DNA from: Squalus acanthias
Lineage: Eukaryota
Assembly: GCA_030390025.1 (NCBI GenBank)
Contig: CM059432.1
Span: 17,238,001-17,302,000 of the forward strand
Direction: 5' to 3'
DNA length: 64,000 nucleotides
The translations under genes were made by a program, and so were the position numbers. Positions 49,720-62,100 of the stretch are shown here, in pieces; the stretch's first letter is position 1, and the number at the start of each line of letters is the position of its first letter. The notes beneath the pieces are model-generated. The model was not told where the DNA came from. It saw only the letters and a program-made list of their open reading frames with translations, and did no database searches.

Positions 49720-52319
49720 GGTTGTGGTTTCAAGTCCCACTCCAGAGACATGTGCACAAATTTAGGCAGACTGAGGGAGTGCTGCACTGGCGGAGGTGCC
49801 GTCTTTCGGAAGAGATGTTAAACCAAGCATCCACCTGCCTTCTCAGGTGGATGTAAAAGATCCCATGGCATTATCCGAAGAACAACAGGGGAGCTTTTCC
49901 CTGTGTCCTGGCCAATATTTATCTATCAACCAACATCACAAACAGATTATCTGGTCATTATCACATTGCTGTTTGTGGGACCTTGCTGTGCACAAGTTGG
50001 CTGCCACATTTCCTATATTACAACAGTAACTATACTTCAAAAGTACTTTGTTGACTAAAGCGCTTTGGGACATCCAGAGGTCATGAATGGCGCTATATAA
50101 ATGCAACTCTTTCTTTTATTATTCTAATTATTGCAACCTATAAGTCAACTTTTGCTTTTCTATTGAGACACAGAATTTTTCCATAGTATATACTCCAACA
50201 TTGAGTGCAGATTAAAGAGGTTGCATTCTCACACTGAAAAGGTTTAAAATATTTCACATTCAGCATGTACCTTGGCTTATGACCAATTTCCCAAAGAAAC
50301 ATTGTGTTGAAAAAGTTAAAAAACAGGGGGGGGGGGGGGGGGGGGGGGAGAGAGAGGAGAAATCTTTCACAGTTCTTGTCCCAAATTTGTACAATTACAA
50401 AATCCAGAACTTAAAAGGGCACTACTGACCCCAGATACTTTTCATGCCTATAAAAATGGCAAGTGAAGATTGATAGTTTTTATTTTGGGCACATGGCTCT
50501 TAGAAACACAAAACCAATTCAGGACCATAAAGAACTGCTGCAAGTCATTTTTAATGTGGCCAGAAAGGATAAAACTGAATCTGTTCATTCATCCATTCCA
50601 ATGCTTACAATAGCTTTATACAACTTGTGCAAACAAACTGGCTTTTAAAACTTCTGTAAATAATCCAGCATTATTAATTTTGCCAGTTTTCAGCCATTTC
50701 TAAACATTAAATCTTTTAATCTATGTACAATACTACAGTGACGGGAAACAGAACACCCCATTATGTGGCAACAGTTAGCTCATGAGCTGGCTCAAGGTTT
50801 TGGGACATCTTTATGTTATGTGGAAAACAGTGAACAAACAAGTGAAGTCTGCAGAGACTGGCTTCACTACACTGGCACTACTCCAATCATGCAGGCAGTG
50901 AAACTACTAGTGACGCCCTAGAATAAATGATAAGCAAAGCAAGTGCAGTTGGTGTCCATTATTTGAACTGATTAAACCAAAACTCATTAAATGTCAGTGA
51001 TGTTATGCTTCTAGGAAATTCTCTAGTGTTATTTGAATTAGTGAAAATACAAAGCTCAGAATAAAATTGCAATTTGTAAATTTATGTAGTGTTGGAAGTT
51101 GATACTTCCTAAAAAGCAGAATGTGCACCACAAAAGGTAAGCCACTATGCAAAAAGAGTGCATTAGTTGGTGTACAGGTGTCTCCAGCTGTACTCCAGTA
51201 TACCACCATGCACAGAAGACTTGTGCATCTGTCCCTAGTGGTTGCTCAGAGCACAGGAAAAACAAATTGTTCCAGGGTAACAAAACAAGCCAAATTTCCC
51301 ATTGTCTAATTAATGTTTCGCAGCCCGAGTGCAACAAGTGATTAATTCTGCTATGAGCTGCCAAGGAACAAAGTGCTAGGCAACAACTTCGCCAGTGGCA
51401 GCAGTCGGTAGACAAGAGAAACGCTGCTGCCATTATGCCATACTTTCTTTTTGGATTACTACACAATAATGAGGTGCAGCTGTAACAACTTTTGCTCCTG
51501 GCATAAACATGGAAATCTTGAGCACTACTACTAATACAACAACAACCTTCTGAAGGACTTGCAACTCAAAAATCTCAGTGTTGCAGAGGTAAACTTTAGG
51601 ACTGAATATACCAGAGGTGCGCAAACTGTGACCTGTGGGCCACATGCCACCCTCAATCCTTAACAACCTAGTCCTTGCACTTCAATTTCTTATTCAGTGG
51701 TTTGCTCTATTTGAACTTTATGGTTTTGGCTTTGTTGCTTCATTGGTAGTGGTTAATCCTGAATCAGAACATGAATCAGCAATTTGTTAAAGGCAAATCG
51801 TGTCAGAGTAACCTGATTGAGTTCTTTGAAGTAACAGAGGGGGGTGATGAAGGTAGTGCAGTAGAGATATATCATTACAAGGTATCCAGAATCATGGATA
51901 CAATGCAATCACAACACATCGCAAGAAAAGCCATGATGAATGGTTGGGAGGAGGCAGTTTGAACTTCTGTTAATGTCCAAGAGTTTATAATTTTAAAAAA
52001 AAATTCTTAATTGAGGAACCAGGGTACAGTCATAGTGCAGAAAACAATCAAGGTTGGAGAGAGTAAAAGGTGAGGTAAATTGAGTCAAGTGATGCCAAGC
52101 TTATGTTTTAAAAGCCTGAACAGTCCGAGGGAGAGGACGAGTTTTACAGTTTTGAGGTCTTTAAGAATAAGTGAGTAGGAGACTGTAATGAGTAATATCA
52201 ACACACTGACTTTGTGGAGGAAGAGCATATTTGATGCTTGAAATGAATGAAAAAAAGTTCAGAGGACTACTAACCATAATGAAGATTTTAAAATTCAGTA
52301 TTCATGTTGCTGATCTGTA

Positions 52320-55300
52320 CAAATGGGAAGTGGTGTTCCACAAGGATCAGTGCTGGAACCACTGTTCACTATTTACATAAACAATTTGGACTCCGGAATC
52401 AAAAGTACAATTTCAAAATTTGCAGACGCCACCAAATTAGGGAGTGTTTTTTTTTTAAATTCGTTTATGGGATCAGGGCGTCGCTGGCAATGCCAGCATT
52501 TATGACCCATCCCTAGTTGCCCTTGAGAAGGTGGTGGTGAGCCGCCTTCTTGAACTGCTGCAGTCCATGTGGTGATGGTACTCCCACAGTGCTGTTAGGT
52601 AAGGTAGGGAGTTCCAGGATTTTGACCCAGCGACGATGAAGGATCGGCAATATACTTCTAAGTCAGGATGGTGTGTGACTTGGAGGTGGTGGTGTTCCCA
52701 TGCACCTGCTGCCCTTGTCCTTCTAGGTGGAAGAGGTCGCGGGTTTGGGAGGTGCTGCCGAAGAAGCCTTGGCGAGTTGTTGCAGTGCATCTTGTAGATG
52801 GTACACACTGCAGCCACGGTACGCCGGTGGTGGAGGGAGTGAATGTTTAAGGTGGCAGATGGGGTGCCAATCAAGCAGGCTGCTTTGTCCTGGATGGTGT
52901 CGAGCTTCTAATGTTGTTGGAGCTGCACTCATCCAGGCAAGTGGAGAGTATTCCATCACACTCCTTACTTGTGCCTTGTAGATGGTGGACAGGCTTTGGG
53001 GAGTCAGGAGGTGAGACACTCGCCACAGAATACCTAGCCTCTGACCTGCTCTTGTTGCCACAGTATTTATGGGGCTGGTCCAGTTAAGTTTCTGGTTAAT
53101 GGTGAGTCCCAGGATGTTGATAGTGGGGGATTCGGTGATGGTAATGCCATTGAATGTCAAGGGGAGGTGGTTAGACTCTCGCTTGTTGGAGATAGTCATT
53201 GCCTGGCACTTCTGTGGCACGAATGTTACCTGCCACTTATCAGCCCAAGCCTGAACGTCGTCCAGGTCTTGTTGCATACAGGCATGGACTGCTTAATTAT
53301 CTGTGGAGTTGTAAATGGCGCTGAACACTGCAGTCATCAGCGAACATCCCCATTTCTGACCTTATGTTGGAGGGAAGGTCATTGATGAAGCAGCTGAAGA
53401 TGGTTGGGCCTAGGACACTGCCCTGAGGAACTCCTGCAGCGATGTTCCTGGGGCTGTGATGATTGACCTTCAAACACCACAACCATGTTCCTTTGTGCTA
53501 GGTATGACTCCAGCCAGTTTTCCCCGATTCCCATTGACTTCAGTTTTACTGGGGCTCCTTCATGCCACACTCGGTCAAATGCTGCCTTGATGTCAAGGGC
53601 AGTCACTCTCACCGCACCTCTGGAATTCAGCTCCTTTGTCCATGCTTGGACCAAGGCTGTAATGAGGTCAGGAGCTGAATGGTCTTGGCAGAACCCAAAC
53701 TGGGCATCAGTGAGCAGGTTATTGGTGAGTAAGTGCCACTTGATAGCACTGTCAATGATACCTTCCATCACTTTGCTGACGATTGAGAGTAGACTGATAG
53801 GGCAGTAATTGGCCGGGTTGGATTTGTCCTGCTTTTTGTGGACAGGACATACCTGGGCAGTTTTCCATTGTCGGATAGATGCCAGTGTTGTAGCTGTACT
53901 GGAACAGCTTGGCTAGAGGCGCGGCTAGTTCTGGAGCACAAGTCTTCAGCACGATAGCTGGGATGTTGTCGGGGTCCATAGCCTTTGCTGTATCTAGTGC
54001 ACTCAGCCGTTTCTTGATATCACGTGGAGTGAATCGAATTGGCTGAAGACTGGCTTCCGTGATGGTGGGGACCTCGGGAGTAGGCTGATATGGATCATCC
54101 ACTCGGCACTTCTGGCTGAAGTTGGTTGCAAACGCTTCAGCCTTGTCTTTTGCACTCATGTGCTGGGCTCCACCATCATTGAGGATGGGGATATTCTTGG
54201 AGCCTCCTCCTCCCCCCATTAGTTGTTTAATGGTCCACCACCATTCATGACTGGATGTGGCAGGACTGTAGAGCTTTGATCTGATCTGTTGATTGTGGGA
54301 TTGCTTAGCCCTGTCTCGCATGCTGCTTCTGCTTTTTAGCATGCATGTAGTCCTGTGTTGCAGCTTCCCCAGGTTGGCACTGCATTTTTAGGTACACCTG
54401 GTGCTGCTCCTGGCATGCTCTTCTACACTCATTGTTGAACCAGGGTTGGTCCCTTGGCTTGGTGGCAATGGTAGAGTGAGGGCTATGCCAGGCCATGAAG
54501 TTACAGATTGTGGTGGAATACAATTCTGCTGCTGCTGATGGTCCACAGCGCCTCATGGATGTCCAGTTTTGAGCTGCTAGATCTGTTCTGAATCTATCCC
54601 ATTTAGCACGGTGGTAGTGCCACACGATGGAGGGTGTCCTCAGTGTGAAGACGGGACTTCGTCTCCACAATGACTGTGCGGTGGTCACTGCTGCCAAAGG
54701 ACAGATGCATCTGCGACAGGTAGATTGGCAAGGACGAGGTCAAGTCGGTTTTCCCCTCGTGTTGGTTCTCTCACCACCTGTCGCTGGCCCAGACTGGCAG
54801 CTATGTCCTTCAGGACTCTGCCAGCTCGGTCAGTAGTGGTGCTACTGAGCCACTCTTGGTGATAGACATTGAAGTCCCCCACCCAGAGTACATTCTGTGC
54901 CCTTGCTACTCAGTGCTTCTTCCAAGTAGTGTTAAACATGGAGGAGTACTGATTCATCAGCTGAGGGAGGGCGGTAGGTGGTAATCAGCAGGAGGTTTCC
55001 TTGCCCATGCTTGACCTGAAGCCATGAGACTTCATGGGGTCCAGAGTCAATGTTGAGGACTTCCAGGGCCACTCCTTTGACTGTATACCACTGTGCTACC
55101 ACCCCTGGTGGGTCTGTCCTGCCAGTGGGACAGGACATACCCAGGTATGGTGGAGGAGGAGTTCAGCTGAAAGGTATGATTCTGTGAGTATGACTGTCAG
55201 GCTGTTGCTTGGCTAGTCTGTGGGACAGCTCTCCCAATTTTGACACAAGTCCCCAGATGTTGGTGAGGCGGACTTTTCAGGGTCGACTGGGCTGGGTGTA

Positions 55301-56400
55301 CCTTTGCCGTGTCCGTAGCCGGTGCCGAGTGGTCCGTACGGTTTCATTCTTATTATTTTGTGTCGTAGCGGTTAGTTACAACTGAGTGACTTGCTAGGCC
55401 ATATCAGAGGGCAGTTAAGAGTCAACCACATTGCTGTGGGTCTGGAGTCACATAAGCCAGACCAGGTAAGGACGGCAGATTTCCTTCCCTAAAAAAAGGA
55501 CATTAGTGAACCAGATGGGTTTTTACGACAATCCGATAGTTTCAGTGGTCACCATTACTGATGGTAGCTTTTTATTCCAGATTTATTTAATTAACTAAAT
55601 TTAAATTCCCCAGCTGCCGTGGTGGGATTTGAACTCATCTTTTATTAGTCTGGATTAGTCTAGGCCTCTGGATTACTAGCCTAGTGACATTACCACTACG
55701 CTACCGTAGTTAATACTGAGGAAGACTGCGACAAAATACAAGATGACATTAATAAACTTGCAGAATGGGCGTGCAATTGGCAAATTAATTCCAATATGGA
55801 CAAGTGTGAGGTGGTTCATTTTGGTCGAACAAATAAGGCGGCCACACAGTCCTTGGAAAATAAGAGTGTAAATGGGGTAGAGCAAAGGGATCTAGGGGTA
55901 CAGATACGCAAATCACTAAACAGCGACACAGGTTAATAAGGCCATTAAAAAAAAATAAAGCACTGGGGTTGATTTCTAGAGGAACAGAATCGAAACGCAG
56001 AGAAATTATGTTAAACTTTTATAGAACCTTGGCTGGTCTGCATATTGTAAAAAAGGGTGCGCGCACACGTGATGGCGCGCACACACACAGATGCGCAATG
56101 TACCAAAACTAGGGATCATAAATATAAGATAGTCACTAATAAATCCAATAGGGAATTCAGAATTCAGCAGAAACAAGAGAATGGTTAGAATGTGGAGCTT
56201 GCTATCACAAGTAGCAGTTTCGGCAAATAGCATAGATGCACTTAAAGGGAAACTAGATAAACACGAGGGAGAAAGGAATAAAAGGTTATGCCGATAGGGT
56301 TAGATGAAGAGGGGTGGGAGGAGGCTCGTGTGGACCATAAACACCGATGTGGACCAGTTGGGCCAAATGGCCTGTTTGTGCTGCACATTCTATATAATAG
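52320..56400 (+). mobile_element. CR1 fragment hosting the LINE insertion at 52447-55706
   Basis: [18 protein letters not shown]...[11 protein letters not shown](V) resumes at 55707 as (V)VNTEEDCDKIQDDINKLAEWA. CR1 3' end at about 56330-56400. Confidence 0.88.
52447..55706 (-). mobile_element. Apparently full-length single-ORF LINE (AP endonuclease + RT, distinct from canonical CR1) with tRNA-like 5' head; frameshifted
   Basis: [95 protein letters not shown] box at 55693-55703, B box at 55624-55636, A-rich 3' end at 52447. Confidence 0.92.
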
Positions 56401-58228
56401 ACTTATTCAGAAAATAGAAGCACATGGGATTAAAGGGACCGTGGTACGTAATTGGCCAAAGGATTGGAGACAGTAGTGCTGAATGGCTGCTTTTCTGACT
56501 GTAGAGAAGTATGCAGTGGGGTCCCCAGGGATTGGTATTAGGACCATTGCTTTTCTTCTTGTATATAAAATGACCTGGACTGGAGAGTACAATTTTGAAG
56601 TTGCAGATGATACAAAACTTGGCAACATACTAAATAGTGAGCATGAGTGTAGCAGACTTCAGGAGGACACAAAGACTAGTGAAATGGGCAGTCACAATTT
56701 AATGTGGATAAGTGTGAAGTGACGCACTTGGGAGGAACAACATGGAGAGGCAGTATAATCAAAATAGTACTATTTTAAGGGGGGGGCACAAGAGAAGAGG
56801 GACCTGGGGGGTCCATGTTCACAAATTTTTGAAGAGGTCAGGGCAAGTTAATAAGGCCATTAAGAAAGTGTATGGGCATTGAATACAAAAACAAGGCAGT
56901 CATGTTAAATCTTTACAAATCACTAGTTAGGCCTCAGCTGGAGTATTGGGCCAAAAATTGATCCCGCTGCGCGAGAGTACGCACTGCGTACTCTCGCGTA
57001 TTCTCTCTCCAATTGCCGGTTTTCTGCATGCACTGCGCATGCGCTGAAAACCGGCACTTGGTCTTTGGAAAAGGGGGCGGTTCCTCGGTGCACCGCGTGC
57101 ACACTACAGGCTGCGCGCACGCTGTGCACTTAGTGCTTTGGACGCGCAGGTAAGGACGGAAGATTTTAGAAACGAAAAAAGGAGTAAGACCCACTTTTAA
57201 CAAGGTAAGTAGTGAATTAAGTATTATTTTGAATTTTTTTTAACAGGTATATCTTTTTAGAGACTTTAAAGACAGGTAAGTTTATTTTTATAACTTTTTA
57301 AAAGATTTTAAATTTTTTCAAAAATTTAATTTTTTATTTAAAATGGTTAATTTATTTAACTATACTTATTTTATTAATGATGGTTTTTTTTTAAATTTAA
57401 TTGAGGTTTAGCTGTTATTTTGGGTGTGTGCAAGATTCATAGCTTTCACAGCACGTATGTGAAACTTATGAATGGAAGATGGTGTGCTGCCATTGGCTCT
57501 AACTGAGTCACGTGATCCCACAGCTCGCACGAATTCACTACGCCGGTGGGATACGCAAGCACTGCCCAGCTGATGTCTAGAACATCAAGTTTGTGCGAGC
57601 TGGATCTGAAAAAGCCAACGCGGAGTGAGAGATCGCGCCTGCTCCTTACCCCCGCGGGAACAGAGCGAGATCAATTTCTGGGCCATGATGTACAATTTTG
57701 GCCACCACACTTTAGGAAGCATGTCAAGGCTTTGGAGAGGGTACAGAGGAGGTTTACCAGGATACCACCAGCGAAGAGGGATTTCAGGTATGGGGAGAGA
57801 TGGGAGATGCTGGGATTGTTCTCCTTACATCAGAGAATGTTAAGGGAATACCCAATAGAGGTATTCAAAATAATATGGGGTTTTGATAGAACAAATGGAG
57901 AGAAACTGTTTCCTCTGGCAAGTGGGTCAGTAAACTGTGGTCACAGATTTAAAATAATTGAGTAAAAGAAACTAGGGAGCAAATAAGAATGTTTTTCCCC
58001 CCCCCCACAGAGGGTTGTTAAAATCTGGAACACACGGCTTGAAAGAGTGGTGGAAGCCGATTCCATAGCAACTTTCAAAAGATATTTGCACATGTACTTG
58101 AAGAGGATTAGTTTGCGGGGTTATGGGGGGAAAAAGCTGGGGTGCGGGATTAAATTGGACAGGTCTTTCAAACAGCCAGCACAGGCACGACAGGCTGAAT
58201 GGCCTCCTTCTGTGCTCCAAGATTCTAA
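56400..58228 (+). mobile_element. Old CR1 3' region interrupted by a MITE
   Basis: LIQKIEAHGIKG and VADDTKLG, then LYKSLVRPQLEY | VQFWPPHFRKHVKALERVQRRFTR across the MITE. CR1 3' end at about 58190-58228. Confidence 0.85.
56948..57684. mobile_element. MITE with 21-bp imperfect terminal inverted repeats
   Basis: Left gggccaaaaattgatcccgct versus reverse complement of the right end ggcccagaaattgatctcgct (18 of 21 match). Interrupts a CR1 ORF. AT-rich core, CpG-rich hairpin ends. Confidence 0.82.
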
Positions 58229-58234
58229 TACGAT

Positions 58235-58355
58235 AGCAAAATACTGCAGATGCTGGAAAATTGAAACAGAAAACGCTGGGAAAAACTCAGCAGACCAGGC
58301 AACATCCATGGAGAGAGAAACAGAGTTAACGTTTCAGGTCGAAACCCTTCGTCAG
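58235..58355 (-). mobile_element. Penelope pLTR tail with hammerhead core (family A)
   Basis: Minus strand CTGACGA-a-GGGT ttcg ACCT-GAAA-CGT-T-AACT, then the pLTR tail. Possible 9-bp TSD agattctaa (58220-58228 and 58354-58362). Confidence 0.75.
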
Positions 58356-59349
58356 ATTCTAACCCTTTATAACCTTGAAGACCTCCATCAGGTCACTCCT
58401 TAACCATCTCACCTCTAGCGACAGTCTCAAAATTTCAAGTTCATCATCCCTGGTAAGAATCCAGTGAATCATCCAAGTAGCCACATTCCCTTTATGTTCA
58501 TGTTCAGGCTTTTGTGTGGTATCTTATCAAATGCTTTTCAAAAGTCAATGTAAATGTACTTCATTTCCTTCATCCATCTTCTCAAGGTTAGTCAAGCACT
58601 GCCTGCCTTTCAGAAACCTGCGCTTCCTGGCCCTGATTGGTTCTCATTTGTCAAAGTAGTTAGTAATTTAATTCCTCATTATAGGCACATATTTTACAGC
58701 AAGTTGCGCTTATATACAGCACCTTGAACATAAAGCATTCCAAGTCGCTTACAAATAACTGAAGCAAGAATAAGTAGGCTATAATTTACAACCTTTATGG
58801 GGGGGGGGGGGGGGGGGGGGGGGGAAGAGAGAGAAAGAGACCCCCCCCCCAGATAATTTTTTCTTTCTACTGAATTTTTGAAAATTACACTCAATGTGCA
58901 TCATTACATCTGCAGCTTCACTCAAGATCCTTAGATGTGAACCACCAAATCCAAGTGCTTTTTCTACTTCAAATCGGAACAATTTCTTTAGGACCATATC
59001 TCTGAACAACAACTCCCACTAACTGTTGTACAATTTCAATAACCAACACTTGTGGAAAAAAGGTGCTCATCTAGTATTTCTGCCACTCATTCTTCAGTAC
59101 AAGCTGGTGTCTCATCTCTTCTAAGCTGCCCAACCCCTACCTTGACTATCTTATCAACATGCCTTATAGACAGCCTTTTTATTGCCCTTCGTTTGTTAAT
59201 TTTCTCAGGCTTGTTTAGAATTTTTTTGGGAACTTTCCTATATATTTTTCATTTCTCCCCTGTAAGCATTAAATGTTTCCATTTTTTTTTAAAGTTTCAA
59301 ATTTCAACTAATCTCCCTATTCATCTATGGAATGCCAGCCTTTGATGCA

Positions 59350-61023
59350 TAGAAACATAGAAGATAGGAGCAGGAGTAGGCCATTCGGCCCCTTGAGCCT
59401 GCTCCGCCATTTAATGAGATCATGGCTGATCATCCAAATTCAGAACCCTGTCCCTGCTTTCTCCCCATATCCCTTGATCCCTTTAGCCTTAAGAAATATA
59501 TCTAACTCCTTGAATTGGCCTCAGCTGCCTTCTGCAGTAGAGAATTCCACAGGTTCACCACTCACTGGGTGAAGAAATTGCTCATCAGTCCTAAATGGCT
59601 TACCCCTTATCCTTAGACTGTGACCCCTGGTTCTGGACTCTCCGCCATCGGGAACATCCTTCCTGCATCTAGTCTGTCTAGTCCTGTTAGAATTTTATAA
59701 GTTTCAATGAGATCCCCTCTCATTCTTCTAAACTCTAGCGAATATAAGCCTAATCGACCCAATCTCTCTTCATACGTCATTCCTGCCATCCCAGGTATCA
59801 GTCTGGTGAATCTTCGCTGCGCTCCCTCCATGGCAAGAACATCCTTCCTCAGATAAGGCGACCAAAGCTGCACACAATACTCAAGGTGTGATCTCACCAA
59901 GGCCCTGTACAACTGCAGCAAGACATCCTTGCTCCTGTACTCAAATCCTCTCACTATGAAGGCCAACATACCATTTGCCTTCTTAACCGCCTGCTGCACC
60001 TGCATGCTTACCTTCAGCGACTGGTGCACAAGGACACCCAGGTCTCGTTGCACTTCCCCTTTTCCCAATCTATTGCCATTCAGATAATAATCTGCCTTCC
60101 TGTTTTTGCCACCAAAGTGGATAACCTCGCATTTATCCACATTACACTGCATCTGCCCAATCACCCAACTGTCCAAATCATACTGGAGTTTCTCTGCATC
60201 CTCCTCACAGCACACACACCCACCCAGCTTTGTGTCGTCTGCAAACTTGGAGATATTACATCTAGTTCCCTCGTCTAGATCATTAATATATATTGTGAAT
60301 AACTGGGGTCCTAGCACCGATCCCTGCGGTACCCCACTAGTCACTGCCACTCGGAAAAAGACCAGTTTATTCCAACTCTCTGCTTCCTGTCTGCCAACCA
60401 GTTTTCTATCCAAGTCAGTACCTTACCCCCAATCCCATGTGCTTTAACTTTGCACGCTAATCTCTTATGCGGGACCTTATCAAAAGCCTTCTGAAAGTCC
60501 AAATACACCACATCCACTGGTTCTCCTTTATCTATTCTACCAGTTACATCCTCAAAAAATTCCAGTAGATTAGTCAAGCATGATTTACCTTTTGTAAATC
60601 CATGTTGACTTTAGTTAGTTTTCAGCAACTAGCTGACTGAATCAGTAAGTCATGGGATATTTGCATGTTTTCTTTCTCAAGAGGCATGAAACAGATAGCA
60701 TATAAGGGGAGGCTTGATGCATACATGAGGGAGAAGGGAATATGGGATATGGGCCAGGGTGGAAAGAGGTAATTAGAGTGAGAGGAGGCTTGTGTGGTGA
60801 AGCTACCAGATCGCAAATCACACACGGCATCAAGTCAAAATACACCACATCCACTGGTTCTCCCTTATCTATTCTACCAGTTACATCCTAATTCCAGTAG
60901 ATTAGTCAAGCATGATTTACCTTTTGTAAATCCATGTTGACTTTGTCTGATCCGGTCACTGTTTTCCAAGTGCTCTGCTATTACATCTTTTATAATGGAC
61001 TCTAGCATTTTCCCCACTACCAC
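59350..61023 (-). mobile_element. CR1 LINE 3' 1.7 kb with 19-bp TSD, nested in an older CR1
   Basis: ORF 59613-60413 ([32 protein letters not shown]). aatgccagcctttgatgca at 59331-59349 and 61024-61042. Confidence 0.95.
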
Positions 61024-61531
61024 AATGCCAGCCTTTGATGCACTTGCTTTTCTCCTTACTGGATATACTTGATTTGTACCTTTTTCATCTTGTTTAAATA
61101 TTGCCGATTGCTGATCTACAGTTCTATTTGCCTAATTTCCTTCTATTTAATCTGGCCACAATCCCTTTTCCTAACCTTGCTATTTTCCCGCTCAAAGAAG
61201 TATCCTTGTCTTTGACGGTGTGATTCTTACACTTAACCTAACTTTACTGTGGTCACGGCTTCCAAATGTTGCCCTACTTTAGGTCACCTACCTGCTTAGA
61301 TTCATTACCCAAAATGAGACCAATTAGTATTTCCTTCTTTGTTGGAGTAGAAACATTCAAAGAAACATACAAATTTAACCTCTAATATTTATCAAAACAT
61401 TCTTCAACTTGTTCCCTTAATAGCTCAGCAAGTTTAGCTCATGTAGGGCTGATTTATCTGGTTTGTTACTGGGCATATGACAAGTTATCAGCAGTAAAAC
61501 TGCCACAAACAGCTTAAGTGCCACTGGTTAG

Positions 61532-62031
61532 NNNNNNNNNNNNNNNNNNNNNNNNNNNNNNNNNNNNNNNNNNNNNNNNNNNNNNNNNNNNNNNNNNNNN
61601 NNNNNNNNNNNNNNNNNNNNNNNNNNNNNNNNNNNNNNNNNNNNNNNNNNNNNNNNNNNNNNNNNNNNNNNNNNNNNNNNNNNNNNNNNNNNNNNNNNNN
61701 NNNNNNNNNNNNNNNNNNNNNNNNNNNNNNNNNNNNNNNNNNNNNNNNNNNNNNNNNNNNNNNNNNNNNNNNNNNNNNNNNNNNNNNNNNNNNNNNNNNN
61801 NNNNNNNNNNNNNNNNNNNNNNNNNNNNNNNNNNNNNNNNNNNNNNNNNNNNNNNNNNNNNNNNNNNNNNNNNNNNNNNNNNNNNNNNNNNNNNNNNNNN
61901 NNNNNNNNNNNNNNNNNNNNNNNNNNNNNNNNNNNNNNNNNNNNNNNNNNNNNNNNNNNNNNNNNNNNNNNNNNNNNNNNNNNNNNNNNNNNNNNNNNNN
62001 NNNNNNNNNNNNNNNNNNNNNNNNNNNNNNN
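61532..62031. other. Assembly gap (500 N)
   Basis: Run of N, followed by C-rich low-complexity sequence at 62032-62095. Confidence 1.
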
Positions 62032-62100
62032 CCCCTCCACCCTCCCCCTCCACCCTCTCCCCTCCCCCTCCACCCTCTCCCCTCCCCCTCCTCCCTTTAT

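Larger units (their letters stand above)
48143..50115 (+). mobile_element. Deu-domain SINE (SacSINE1-like), split by a CR1 insertion
   Basis: A-box half gccgtagctcggtggtagcactctcgcc at about 48146-48191. B-box half ggttgtggtttcaagtcccactccag at 49720+, then Deu-domain-like gatgtaaaagatcccatggca...gtgtcctggccaa and tail gcgctatataaatgcaa. Confidence 0.75.

Noticed and set aside
61532..62095. Gap as hidden CpG-island promoter / first exon of SLC45A4
   Set aside because: Flanks are not CpG-rich; the right side is a C-rich simple repeat followed by a SINE. There is no supporting evidence.
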